Assembly (NCBI GenBank): GCA_000182565.2
Contig: KQ257454.1
Length of the DNA stretch: 64,000 nucleotides
Reading direction: 5' to 3' (one strand)
Source: Spizellomyces punctatus DAOM BR117
Lineage: Eukaryota
Each line of letters starts with the position of its first letter. Position 1 is the stretch's first letter. A program made the position numbers and the translations under genes. Below, one piece after another: positions 37,377-50,278 of this stretch. The notes beneath the pieces were generated by a model. The model was not told the origin of the DNA and made no database searches. It worked only from the letters and a program-made list of their open reading frames with translations.

Positions 37377-39844
37377 TCAGAGGGGCTCATCATCCGGCTC
37401 TTGTATGACTAACTTATCGCTTCCCACACATTCCACCACGTTCCCATTCGCCATCAATGCAGCCTCTTCGTTCTCGGTCACATCTTCGATTGTTAGCTTA
37501 GGCAAGTTCAAGAATGTCTTGGGAGCTGACGTTGAGTAACTGAGTGAAGCTATCGTAGTAGTAACAGGCAGAGCAGTTAGGTCGTCTTCTGGGTCAGTGC
37601 CATCTATGAGACTTCCTTCACTCTCAGCAGCTCTCGTCTGCAGGGATTTTTGGACTGTACTGTCGTCATGCGCGGGCTTGCTCGTGGCGCTCTCGTCGTT
37701 CTTGGACGGGCTACCACCCTGTTCGACATCAAGTGCAGAAGGATCAAGCTCATGCCGATACTTTCCCAGTAAAAGACGTTCCATGTATGTTAACCCATTC
37801 GTGGACTGGGCGAATGCGCTTTCAGCGGCCTCTGCTGCTCGCGATGGTAAAATACGCGCAGGTGTTTCCGTGGCGGTAGATATCGAAGAAGGACCTAGTT
37901 CGACACGGACGACGAGGATATCAGTCGCGATCGATTAGGCACTGACCTGGAGGATCTCCGTACCTTCGTTGCTTTCGGTTGCGGCTCGCTTACCAGCGAC
38001 ATTAATGTACTCTTCATCACCTTCCTGAACGCCCCTCCACCGGTTTAGTGCAGCCAGAAACGAACGATGAGACTCACTCTCGTCGTAACCACCGTCCAAA
38101 AGGGATGTTTGATGGCTATCCAAAGTAGGAGGTTCCACGGTCGCATCAAAGCGACTCTTTGATGGAGATATGTCAGTGTCTGGAGCAGATGTTTGTACAA
38201 GTGAATTTGAAATTCCCGAATCTGAAGCGTAGCGGGAAGTGACCCCGGTTGCATTGCCGCCTCCACCAATCCCTAGCGCTGCTCCTAATGTTGTTGTTAA
38301 ACTGGAAATTGACTTGCCAATAGTTGCAAGAGATCCAGCACGTGGTCGCGAATGAGCTGGACTGCTTCTTTCATTGTGCGTGGGCAGAAAGAGGTCATCA
38401 TCGTTTGGAACTCGACCTTGCTTCGCAGGATTATTCCCTGCAGACCCTTTGATAACGCGTACCGGAGATACACTGGCACGTCTGTTGCCTGATATGCCCG
38501 ATGGTGATAAGGATTTCGGATTGTTCTGTATTGTCTCCTTTCGCCACTCCTCCAAAGCCTGAACAAATGACTTGTGCGATGCTTCCTCGTCAAAAGATCC
38601 ATCCAAAAGACTATCTGTACTGCTATGATCTAACAGAACCGAATCGGCTGCTGGTGGCGAGCTTCCAAACGAAACCGTTACATCATTGCGTCCTTCCTCA
38701 ACGGCAGAAAAAAGATCATCTCTCGCCGAATCACTATCTCTTGGTGGAGTAGGCGGGATTGCGATGACTGTTGTGTCCGAGCCACGTCGCGCCGAGGTGT
38801 AATGCTCCGAGGAGCGCCGCGAAGAGACGTATCCCTCGGACTGGCGCCTGGGTGATGTTGGGGCTGTTAGAAGCGGATTCGCGTTTCGTGGTAATGTCGA
38901 TGGTGGGCCGGGGGATGGAGGCACACCGTAATGACCTAAAGCAGAGGGGACACGCCACTGTAAAGCAAGTTACAAAGGTGTTGCTAGCACCAACGCCATA
39001 TCAAACACGATGTTACCATTCTCGGTGGTCGCGCGTTTTGCATACCGGTCGGCGGGGGAGATGGTTGCGGTGGTGGTTGCGGTTTTATTTGATATGTCGG
39101 AGGAGTAGCCTCTGATCCTCGTCGGTTTTTGGTTTCCATTGGCTGTTCACGAGGTTGTGTGGCCAAGGCACTTGGAGAAGCCTGTGACACGCTTTTGATA
39201 GCGGTGTCCAGATGTTTACGGCGCTCATCAGCTTTGTTAGGGAATGAAACTATTCAGCGATAGAAAGGTGACGTAGATATATGACTATGAATAAACACCT
39301 TCTCGCCCGATACCGGCATAGCGTGATCGCTGTTCATGTTAATATAGCGAGACCGTGAGTTATCCGCCGATCCGATAGATGGGAAGGCGAACGCACCTGT
39401 AACGCAGCGTTTTTCTTGGCCAAAACGTCGGCGGCATATGAGTTCAACGTTCCTTTCTGAAGCTGTCCGGCCCGCCATACAGAGTTTTTATTTGCCGAGC
39501 TGTATAAGGGATCAATAAATGGCTGAGCTTAAACTGATAAGCTTTGCGGATGATGTGCTTGATCATACGCTCTTTTCTCTTTCTGTCGTGCTAATGTTTC
39601 CCTCAATGCATTCAACCGCTCCTCCATTCGCTGATTATCAAGTTCCAGCCTCTCAATCTCCGTCAACCTATGTGAGAAATCAGCAATTGGTGATCATTAT
39701 AGAATTGCGTATGTTTCGATCATCCCATTTTCAATCATACTTTTTCTTCTTTCCTGAGCCATTCCTCACGGGATCATCAGTATGATGGAATATCTCTCTT
39801 GGGCTCTGCGCAGCCTCAGACATTGATGGTATGGAAGGTTCCAT
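37377..39844 (-). CDS. ZBBX-like cilia-associated protein (no B-box seen)
   Basis: Hand-spliced from ATG 39844: coiled coil 'RLELDNQRMEERLNALRETLARQKEKR', 'SVWRAGQ', two copies of LLDG(S/G)(F/Y)DE..SH.SF..AL..WR, and 'LTYMERLLLGKYR'. These recall ZBBX conserved blocks in the same order. Confidence 0.65.
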
Positions 39845-40859
39845 GGGTATCGAGTCAACGATAATTTATTTAGCGCACCCTTTGTTTATCAAACGGCGAG
39901 GGAGGCAAGCGCACGGCGACACAGCGTCCTCGAAAAAAACAGTTTGTACGGTTCTGCTATGGCGGAACCAGCGGATTAAGGTTGATGGGCTGGCGACCTT
40001 GGAACAGTCACAGTCACCGAAAAGGAAGTGCTGCCCTAGTGGTGGGTGAGCTTTTCGTCGCGTCGCGTGGTTATTGCTTGGCTCATCCGGACCCACATAG
40101 ACCATATAAGGTTAGATTATATGGCACAGTCATTATTCCTCAGATGCAGTTTGGGATGTGAGATGGTTTGGAGGAGCTTCCACATATTCACGGACAGACA
40201 TGACTTTATATTCTTCATGCTTGAAGCTCCAAAGTGGTAGTAGGAGTTATAGCTGTGCATAGAAATAATAATGCTACAGATATCTAGATATTGCCAGCAG
40301 GGAGATCCATCTCAGAGTTTTCCATCGCATGCTCTATGGGCGTTAAAAGTGCACGATCCCTCAAGCCATCGGTGAAAGGAAAATAAAAAAGGCAAACTGC
40401 CTGGCAGTGCCTGCTAGTCTGAATAAACAAATCGCAACAAACTGTCGTTGCAAGCTCCGCTCGTTAATGAAATCCACAGCCACTGAAACCACTTTTGTGT
40501 AACTCCACGGTCTTGGAACCTTGTGATCTTGGAATACGAAATCGAATACAAGGCCATCGAACTGGATTTTTTCGCACTTTCAGCTTGCATTTGGGACAAG
40601 CTCTTTGAACATTTGCTCATTTGTTGGGAGTTCAAACCAGAGGCGACTGGTTGTTTGAATAACCACCCCTGGGCACAACGGAGCTATAAAAAGAAGCATT
40701 TGCTCGTTTGCCAGATTCAACCCTGTCTGCGCTTCATTAGCAATACCTGCTTGGTAGCTTCCAGACAAGTTTGAAAGTTTAAAAATCTTTTTCTTGCTAT
40801 CCTTTCTGCCTCGCACTTCAAAGCCGCCACTCACCAGCACACCAAACGCACTGCCCACT

Positions 40860-42085
40860 ATGCACTCTCTCGCACCACATCATGGCCAGCCCTTCCTGTA
40901 CCAAAATCTGCCTCCAAATGCCTCTCTTCACGGAATGAATCCACTCAGCGTGACTGCCCCCAGTCATGCTGCTGTAACAGCGGGAATGGGATATGGCGCA
41001 AATCCTGCAACAGCCGGCGACCTCAAGTTTGCTCAACAACAGCAACAACAACACCAACAGCAGTTGGACGAGGAGGAAGTTTATCAGCTAATATTGGATT
41101 TGACGAATCCTGCGACCAGAGAGCAGGCACTATTGGAGCTGAGCAAGAAGAGGGAAGCATACGAGGATCTTGCGCCGATACTGTGGCATTCGTTTGGCGT
41201 TATGGCGGCTCTGTTGCAAGAGATCGTGTCGGTATATCCAATGCTTATGCCTCCTACGCTGACCGGACATGCTTCAAATCGAGTATGCAATGCGTTGGCC
41301 TTGTTGCAGTGTGTTGCCAGTCATAATGAGACGCGAGGACTCTTTCTGAATGGTATTTGTCACTGCGTCTATTCTCAAAGAAAGCTTCCTAATTTCCTTT
41401 CAGCGCATATACCCTTGTTTCTCTACCCCTTCCTTAATACTACCAGCAAGACGCGGCCTTTTGAGTATCTTCGTCTTACAAGTTTGGGAGTAATCGGAGC
41501 GCTTGTAAAGGTATGACTAGGCCATCATTAATAGTATGACAAGCGGACATAGATGCTGATAGATTTCGCCAATTCTTTCATTTCAGCAAAATGATAATTC
41601 AGAAGTGATCAATTTCCTGCTGTCCACGGAAATCATTCCTCTCTGTCTTCGGATTATGGAAACGGGCAGTGAATTGTCCAAGACCGTAGCCATATTCATT
41701 GTGCAGAAGATCCTTTTGGACGACATGGGCTTGAACTATATTTGTCAGACGTATGAACGCTTCTACGCTGTTGGTACCGTCCTATCAAACATGGTGAATC
41801 AGCTGGTGGGGCAACAATCCATCAGGCTGTTGAAGCACGTCATTCGGTGCTATTTGAGGCTGTCGGACAATCCGCGTGCGAGAGAGGCCTTGCGCCAGTG
41901 CTTGCCCGAACCTTTAAGAGATGCAACGTTTTCCCAAATCCTGAAAGACGATATAACCACGAAGCGGTAAGGCATTTTCACCCTGATATTCGAAACGTTG
42001 ACCAGCCGGTAAATAACATGCTTTCTATCGGACTTGTAGATGCCTGGCAACCTTATTGCTGAACCTCTCCGATAATGTGGCCTGA
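40860..42085 (+). CDS. CNOT9: CCR4-NOT subunit 9 (Rcd1/Caf40)
   Basis: [49 protein letters not shown] and [17 protein letters not shown]. Confidence 0.97.
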
Positions 42086-42530
42086 CGGACGTCCCCTGCT
42101 GGCACCATGAGCGTGGATGGAGCCCATAGGCAGTTGATGGATACCCCGATACACTGATAGAAAGACGATGGTCAAGAACAAGTTCATCTGATACCGGATA
42201 TGTGAGGGGCAATTGTATAGTTTTCGACGGTTGACTGGAGCTTCAGCCCCAGAGTGTTGGCCTTTTTTATGTTACTTTTGTGTGGTGTGTGGATGATTTT
42301 GATTCTTTTTTTTGGGGCTGGGGCATTTTGTACTTTGTGGAGGAGCTGGAAAGTATTTAATATGTCATTTTTATTTTGCAAGTTGGCTTTGAACTCTCGA
42401 CGATCACTGGCATGCGACATAGCAGCATGATTTCGTCGACAACCCCTTGTTGCTATAGTAACAGTGAACGCTGTGAGCATTCCACAAGCCAGTCATCTTC
42501 TACTAGCCTTCATCTACCTTCTTGTAAAAT

Positions 42531-43113
42531 ATGACTGATAGAGTAGGGCGGTGGTGATGTCCTGCATTTTCCAGCTCCTTACTGACGGTTGTTCTATTCA
42601 ATAGGGCCGAGGTGGAGCGCGGGGACGCGGAAACGGCAGGGGCGGTGCTGGAGGTCGTGGAGGAGGTCCTGGGCGCGGCGGAGGCCCCGGAAAGAAGGAA
42701 TCTATCTTAGACCTGCAAAAGTACATGAATAAGAAGGTTCATGTCAAGTATACCGGTGGAAGAGAAGGTAACTCACATTTATGTGGAAGATCATTCAGTT
42801 CACAGACAGCAACGCAGGCAAACTTATATTTGTTAATTGCAGTCATAGGGACGTTGAAGGGATTCGATCAGCTTTTGAACCTTGTATTGGACGACACGGA
42901 AGAGTTTATTCGAGGTATGTGTAATCGCACTGTCCCTCTTCATTGTAAACTTTTCCCGGCTTAAGGTGCACCGTTGTAGATCCGGAAGACAGTTTTCGTG
43001 TAACTGAGCGAAAACGACCGCTGGGTTTGGTGGTGTGCCGTGGGACGGCCGTTATTGTTATATCTCCGTTTGATGGAACAGAAGAGATTGCGAATCCTTT
43101 TGCGCAGGAGTAG
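42531..43113 (+). CDS. LSM7: U6 snRNA-associated Sm-like protein Lsm7
   Basis: RG-rich N-terminus, KKESILDLQKYMNKKVHVKYTGGRE, GTLKGFDQLLNLVLDD and LGLVVCRGT...GTEEIANPF. Confidence 0.95.
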
Positions 43114-43896
43114 GGTGTACATTACTACAACGCCGATTATCAACACTACTCTTGAACGCCTTTACTATCTCTGATTGATGGAATGGTGGATTTGTACGCT
43201 GATTAGAAGAGAACGACGCGCTGCCGATGGAGAATTGTGGATTTTATGTATGGGTGCCCCGCCTGTTTATGCTACATTTCGGTTGCTGCGATAATGTGTA
43301 TCTTCTGGAAGATCTGATCGGGAGGAAGCTGTACGCCCCTCATTGTTCAATACGAAATCTTCTGCTGAATGCCTCGCGTAGTCTTTGTACCAACTTGTCA
43401 ATTCGTCAAATAATGTCTTTGTCCCCCAGCGGGTCGGTGCTGCACGAGGCCATCTATATGCACTTAATGACAAAAGTGCTCGCTATGGAGGAACCATGCT
43501 AACCTGTGCCTTTCATGCTCGCGGCTGTGAAGTCCAAACGTTCAGAGCCGACAAACTTTTGGCACTGATAGAGATTAGTAACATGATAACATTCAACATA
43601 TATGAAATAAGCCGATTGCAGTGGATGACTGACTCCAAAACGTCTTTCATACATTACATGGGCGTGCTAAGAGCAACAACGGAAGTCTCACTACTAAAAG
43701 AATACACAACATATTTATAATGTACCTATTGCATGGACGATTGCATGCATATATCGGTGTATTGGGGCCCCACCTTCCAGTTGTTACATTGAAGTTAAAA
43801 GGGTGCACGCAGCTAAGCACTCACGTGAAAACGCGGAGTTCCAAGCAGGTGCCCAGCTTCATAGTCTTCATGTCAAACCCAGGCAGGTAGATAATA

Positions 43897-45603
43897 ATGC
43901 CCGCCACTCAAGTGCAAGACTCTGCTCGCAAACGAGTAGTAATTCAGGCACCAGAGAAGACGCCCACCGCTCCTTCCAGTGGATCTGTTAATGGCCCTCA
44001 GGCACTGCGAGAGCGTCGCTCCATCTTGCCTGAAGAGCTGAAAGACTTTGATGGTCTTGCCCTCGGGCGGGACGAAAGCGAGCAGGTCATTGAATGCATT
44101 CAGAACCAAGATTTTGAAGGGGCTGTGTAAGTTCGTTCGTCATTATAGCAACCCATCCTCGAGTTAACACTTTGCTGGAAGCACGATCATCCGAAGCGCC
44201 TTCGTTCTACGTCCTCCACCTCCACCGCCATCACACATCCTACATGTTCCATCCTCTGCGATCAAATATCAACCAGATCGGGAGGAAGAGGATGCCACCT
44301 TCCGCGATGTAATTCTGTCAAAATACTACACGGAGGCATGCAGTTTTGCAGTATCGGTCGGATTCACCAGTTGGCAGCTCGCTGTGTGGATCACTTTGTT
44401 TTCAGAGGGACATAAGGAAAATCTGGGTAATTGTAACTGCATTTTATGCGAGAACCGGATGAAAATATGGCTGAAACAAATCCTGACTTTGTACAGCGCA
44501 GATAAGAGAACTGGATGGGTCAGCGCATCGCTTGTCGTGTTTGGAGATATTCAGTAATCTCCTAATGGATTACAACTATAAGAGATTGCGTCGACAAGCA
44601 TTCACCAAGCAGGAGATGATAATGTTGATCGATTACTTCACCCAAAGGTAAATGGTAGTTCAGGGACAAGCTCGAGAAGGGACTAGAAAGATGGCATAAA
44701 TGACGCTGCCTCCTAAAAAGCTACGCCCAGCATATGCGACTCATCACCCATGTATTCACCCAACTTCAAGATATCGAAATTACGTATATTCACACCCATT
44801 TGGAAGAACCCAATCAAATAACATCACCAAACGGTGGATATACCAAACTGGTTCTGCCACCGTTGAAAGAAGGTATTCCGGCAGAGAAGTGGGATGACTG
44901 GTGCCGCGCCGAAGAAGAACGCAAGCGGCTAGAGAGAGAGAAGGAAGAAGTGAGTGTTCAATTGAAGAAAATTTGGCAAAGGCAGGTTACCGAGCTCTTT
45001 ACTTGTATCAGGAGGCTGCTGAGACAGCGCGAAAACTGGCCGAAGCAGAGGCTAAGGCTGCCGCGGATGCGTCTGTTATTGAAGAAGTAAAAGGTGAGGC
45101 AATAGGTAACTTTCAACTCAAGGAATGCCACTAAATCATGTGCAGACACACAGAAAGCAGCTTCCATCCTCCAGCGACTTGTACTACCCCCTCCACCCAT
45201 TCCGTCCCCCTTATCACTATTCCCCGAACGTGTTGTTTCAACCAAAGTAGCTGATCCACAAATCGTACAAGCGCTGGCAGATCCTAACCCTCCTGTCATG
45301 ATGATGCCCAATGAATCCGCGAAGAGTCATGCACTGAATCCAGCTGCCATAGGCGCGATCCTCTCTTCTACAATTGATGAACACATTTCCATCTTGGCAT
45401 CATATCTAGAGAAGCAAATGAGCCATCAAATAGGCGAAATGCAAGCGATAATAGAAAAGCGCGAAAAGGAAAAAAAGGGCAAGGAGGAGGATGATAAGAA
45501 GGAGAAACAGGAGCGTACTGTAACGGCGGGAAAGAAGGGAGCTGACAAGAAAAGTGCAGGCAATGCTAGGGATGTCAGAAAGCCTTCTGGAAAGGCACGA
45601 TAG
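43897..45603 (+). CDS. CLAMP (flagellar C1a-32) domain protein, CFAP119/CABCOCO1/C8orf74-like
   Basis: Spliced exons give 'FRDVILSKYYTEACSFAVSVGFTSWQLAVWITL', 'FTKQEMIMLIDYFTQSYAQHMRLITHVFT' and 'LPPLKEG', followed by a coiled coil. The pattern is recalled from the CLAMP family. Confidence 0.6.
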
Positions 45604-45667
45604 GGAGAATTCCGGGATACTTAATTTATTCTCCATGTAATTAACTGCAACTAAATTTCAACCTTAT

Positions 45668-47219
45668 TTACAAGTCATCGTCACTGCCCATTAATTCAGC
45701 AAGTTCTCTCTCCTCCTCATCAGTCAACTTTACGCTCTTTGAGGATTTCTTCTGAAGTTTCACAGGTTCAATGGGGATATCCTCAACTATTGGCTCTGGA
45801 CCCCCTTTGAAGTCTTGTTCTAGGCATTTCCATTAGATCACTAAAGCGATTCAACAAGATGTATAAATTGAATGCCACACACCAGTTATGCTCCAACTTC
45901 GTATGGTGCCATCTAGCGACGCAGACCATAATGTTGACCCCTGGCGTTTAATGTCCGATACCTCCCCATAGTGTCCAGACAACGTTCTTACACATTTCTC
46001 GCTCTGATTAAAGCCAAACCCAAAAATTATGGATTTGCCTGCTAATCGGGAAAGACCTAAGCCACTCACTGCAACATCCCACAAGCGTACGTTCTCATCT
46101 CTCGAGCCTGTGGCCAAATGAGCACCACCTGGGAAAACCGCCAGCGAACGAACAAAGTCTGGATGTTCAAAACTTGAATCCGGAAGATTTGTCTAGATTC
46201 AATGAATAAGAGAGTTCCAGTATGATATGGACGTAGTCAATGGCTTCACCTCAAGATCCCATCGTTTGGCGGTTTTATCAGCCGAGGCTATCTCACGGAT
46301 GGAATGTCAGTCATTAACCGTAAAGAGATGTGTCCGAAAACCTACCGGACAAACTACGAACCTGACCACAAAGATCCTTCCTGAAGAACTAAGGCATAAA
46401 CCGATGTAAGATGACCCGATAAGGTTGCCAGAACCTGACCCGTCGTTGTATCCCATTTCTTGATGGTCGTATCTGACGAGGCAGAAAATAGTATCCTTCC
46501 ATCCTCGGTCAAAACAATGTCTTCTACAGCACGAGTGTGCTCCTTAAAGACGCGTAGACATTCGCCGGTTTCCAAGTCCCATTGCCTTATTGTACTGTCA
46601 CTGGATGCACTGTAAAGCCGATTTCCAAAGATTACTATTCGTTTGACAAAGTCAGAATGCCCGTTGAATGTAAGAATAGTTGTCGCAGTCTTCAACAATA
46701 ACATCATGATATGTAATTGAGTGGCTGTGATACCAAACGGCGGTCAATGTCTAAGCGTTACAAACCTTGGTATCCCATTTTCGAATCGTCTTATCCCAAG
46801 ATCCGGTAACTATAAAGACATCCTCATCCTGTTCGTCGTATCCAACAGCTACTGATGTTACAGGACCTGTGTGACCTTTAAAGACATTCAGGCTCGTGCC
46901 AGTCTAAAGTGATCCCGCGCGAGGTTAGGTCGTGATATGCCACCACCATCAACGGTAAGCGGACCTTTAAGTCAATCTTCCTTGCTACATGGCCAGATTC
47001 CGCCACGTATGCCTGCGTCGTGCCATTCTTGACAAGTGCGAAAGAAAGTACCTTGGATGGCATCGCAATGGGCTGTCCGGCTGCATTTTTGCCTGAACTT
47101 TGTGCTTTCTTCAGTTGTCTCGTTCGTTCCAGCTCTATATCGCGATCTGACTGGAAAAAGTTTCCCGAGTCATTAGATATATTTGGCCCAACGGATGGAT
47201 CCATTGGGGTTTGCAACAT
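45668..47219 (-). CDS. WD40-repeat protein
   Basis: Repeated GH...S.S.D.TI..WD units, e.g. GHSDFVK..SASSDSTIRQWD, GHLTSVY..WSGS and ATGSRDENVRLWD. Confidence 0.9.
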
Positions 47220-47377
47220 GGTTCGAAATTCTGGGTGATCTCAGTTGTCGCCAACAAGTCTTACGTTGGTCAGGACGCGTCTGCATGAAACGTTGCCAAG
47301 CGGCACAGTAGCGTAATCAAACCGCAGCTTCCAAATGGATAGTTCTCTGGTTGAGGGCTGGTTCCTCTGATCTCTTA

Positions 47378-49953
47378 ATGGCAAATCAACAAGAAGATGA
47401 GGCCTTCAACAAACCCGCGCAGGAGGAGGGAACTCTTGGAGCCCACACAACAGGAAATGGCGATTTCCCCATTACTACTCTCTGTACCGTATGCGGACGA
47501 CCGGCCCGCTACATGTGTTCCCTTTGTGGTGCCCAAGCCCAGGTGTACTACTGCGACCCTTCTTGTCAGACCTTTGACTGGAACTCTGGGCACAAAGCTG
47601 TCTGCGCAGGAATGCATAACAATGGAGCGGCAGCCGTGCGCGAGACCACGTTGCCCAATACCTCACCGGCTGTATCGTCGGCAGTCTCTCTCGCGAATGC
47701 CTCCTCTATGGCGTCGCTGGATAACACAGGCCGGGGAAGAGTACGACAGAGAAGAAGAAGAGTGCGTGGAAGAGGGAACGTGGCCCAAGTGATCAATGCT
47801 GAAAGTGGGTACTTGCCATGGGATCAAGCGCATTCTTTGGAATTAGGTCCAACTGGTTTCTTCTCTGGCAGCACACTTTATTGATCGAATAAAAGGCTTC
47901 TTCTCGAGAGGTTCTTCTCAACATCAATCTACAGTAAGGCCTTGAGCATTATTATTCTCTTCATTTAGATAGTTGTACGTTTTTGTTCAAATTCGGGTTC
48001 GTTGTTTTCAGCACTCGATTCAGTCGATACCACCAACAATACCAACCCCCACAACGCTTCGCACCCCCGACTCGCACATTGTGGTACCCCCACGAACTTC
48101 ATCATCCGTAGAAAATCAAGAGCATCCTATCATGGAACCACTAACCGAAGAGGAAAAACTAGAAGATTTGAAGTTTTACATGGAGCAAGTTTATCTCATC
48201 ATCAAGCCCGTCTTATGCTGCATCGCCCTTTCAATTCTATGGGTGAAGCTTACAACGGAATCGAGTCCTAATTTTAGTACTGGGTACGATGAAGATGGGC
48301 TGCGTAGATATCGTTTTGACGCAACTCATCATTGCGTACGTTCGTTTTGACAGAATTGGCGAAACGGCAGCGCCTCCTAGCACTGTCGGAAGCACATTTG
48401 GCTCTGACGACAAAGGAAATACCAGCGCCTTCATTAATGCACTGATTATTTTGGGTCAAATCGTCGGTGCAACCATCGTGGTAGTTGTACTATTTTATTT
48501 CAATTGCATGAAGGTAGGTTATAAGATTATGATGTATTTTATGCCTCGCCGCTCACACCTTTTCCTGATATTGTGAAGATCCTCTTTGGATTTTTCATAC
48601 TGGTGGTTACGGCACTATTAGGCACTTTTGGCTGGACCCTCGGATCCGAGCTATTGATTAGCCATAATCTCGCTCTCGATCAAGTCACATTTTGGTTTTT
48701 TATATGGAATATGACGGCCGTTGGAGTTTTGATGATTTTTTACAAGGGACCTTTGTTTCTTCAGCAAGTTTACTTAGTTTTGATGAGTAGTATGATGGTG
48801 AGTAAGGGAAATTACATCAACGTGATACATGTTGGCATCCACTTATTTTACTCCCACTAGGCGTATACCTTAACGAAACTACCGGCACTCACAGCTTGGA
48901 TATTGTTGGCACTGTTGGCCGTGTGGGGTGTGTGCGCTGTACTTGAACATTGCAGTGTCCCGTTTTACCAACTGACGCATGCATGACTAGATTTAATTGC
49001 GGTCTTGTGTCCCTTTGGTCCCCTTCGCATTCTTGTCGAAACCTCACAAAATGAAGAGCGCGAGATTCCGGCACTATTATATACTGGTATGCAGGGTCTG
49101 GTAGAGTAGATTATTTCTGGATCTTGTTCTTACTGAGCTCTCCATTTGAAGTGATGGTATGGATGATGGCTACTCCAGGGGAGCCGCCATCGTCAACTCG
49201 TGACCAATCCCGAGTTAGCGACCCGGCCATCATCGCGCCTGCACCCGCATATACACCCAACGCTCGATGGTCACGAGGAGTAGAAAGTGCGGTGTCGTCG
49301 TGGACCCCACTCAGTGAATACGGGGATGAACGACATTTGACAGATTCCTCAGGTCAAGATGTCGAGCTGGATGTTCGTAACTCTACCGGGACGGAGATGA
49401 TAGGGGTGAATAATGAGGTTGCTAGGGGACATCAAGGCAATACGCCCATGCCACCGACGATTCCAGCAGCGCTACCATCACAAGGATGCAGGGTGACAGA
49501 TGGAGAGAGCAGAGCGCCGAACGACTCGGAGGAGGAGGAGGAAGAGGCGGCGAGAGGGGGACTGAAACTCGGACTGGGCGATTTTGTGTTTTATAGTGTC
49601 TTGGTCGCTAGAGCAGGTAAGAGATTTCCTATTGGAGCCACGGTTCTTGTTGAGCACTAACTAAGCGTTGATCCTTTGCAGCGCTATTTGACTGGATAAC
49701 GACTGTAACTTGTACAGTCGCAGTCCTGACTGGGCTAAACATGACCATCTTTCTTCTGGCCCTGTACCAAAAGGCTTTGCCAGCGCTCCCAATCAGTATC
49801 GCATTCGGTATCCTCTTCTACTTTGTCAGCTCTGTCACCCTGACACCCTTTACGAATGAGCTGGTTCGGAGGCAGGACAAGATCTTCATTGAAGGAGCTG
49901 ATACATGGCTTTGGGTCGGTAAAAATGGGGGCGGCGGGATGATCTATGTATGA
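47378..49953 (+). CDS. Presenilin (GxGD aspartyl protease, gamma-secretase catalytic subunit) with N-terminal MYND zinc finger
   Basis: [41 protein letters not shown] and [10 protein letters not shown]. Exon 1 encodes [28 protein letters not shown]. Confidence 0.85.
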
Positions 49954-50278
49954 TAGCACTATTTTTGGAGCGTATTTGATGTTTCTTTGTTCTATTCCCT
50001 GTCGATACACGACGGGGATACTTTCTGTACCATATGGCAATACGTAATTTTATATATCGAGGCTCGGCCCAAACCTCACAATTTTTGTGTCCGCCAACTG
50101 ATTGAACGACATTTTTAAGGTCACGTGATAAGTCGGAATTTATTGCTGACTCACCCGTCAAGATTGCAGTTTGAACTGCTTTTTCTTTTGTGGTTTCAAC
50201 CTCACCCCGCCAGCATAATCTTACCAGAAGTGTCAAGTTCTGGGCCAGTTTCTTCACCTGCCTCCAGTTTTTTTAAGA

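Noticed and set aside
41033-41063. CAA/CAG microsatellite
   Set aside because: Ordinary poly-Gln tract in the CNOT9 N-terminus.
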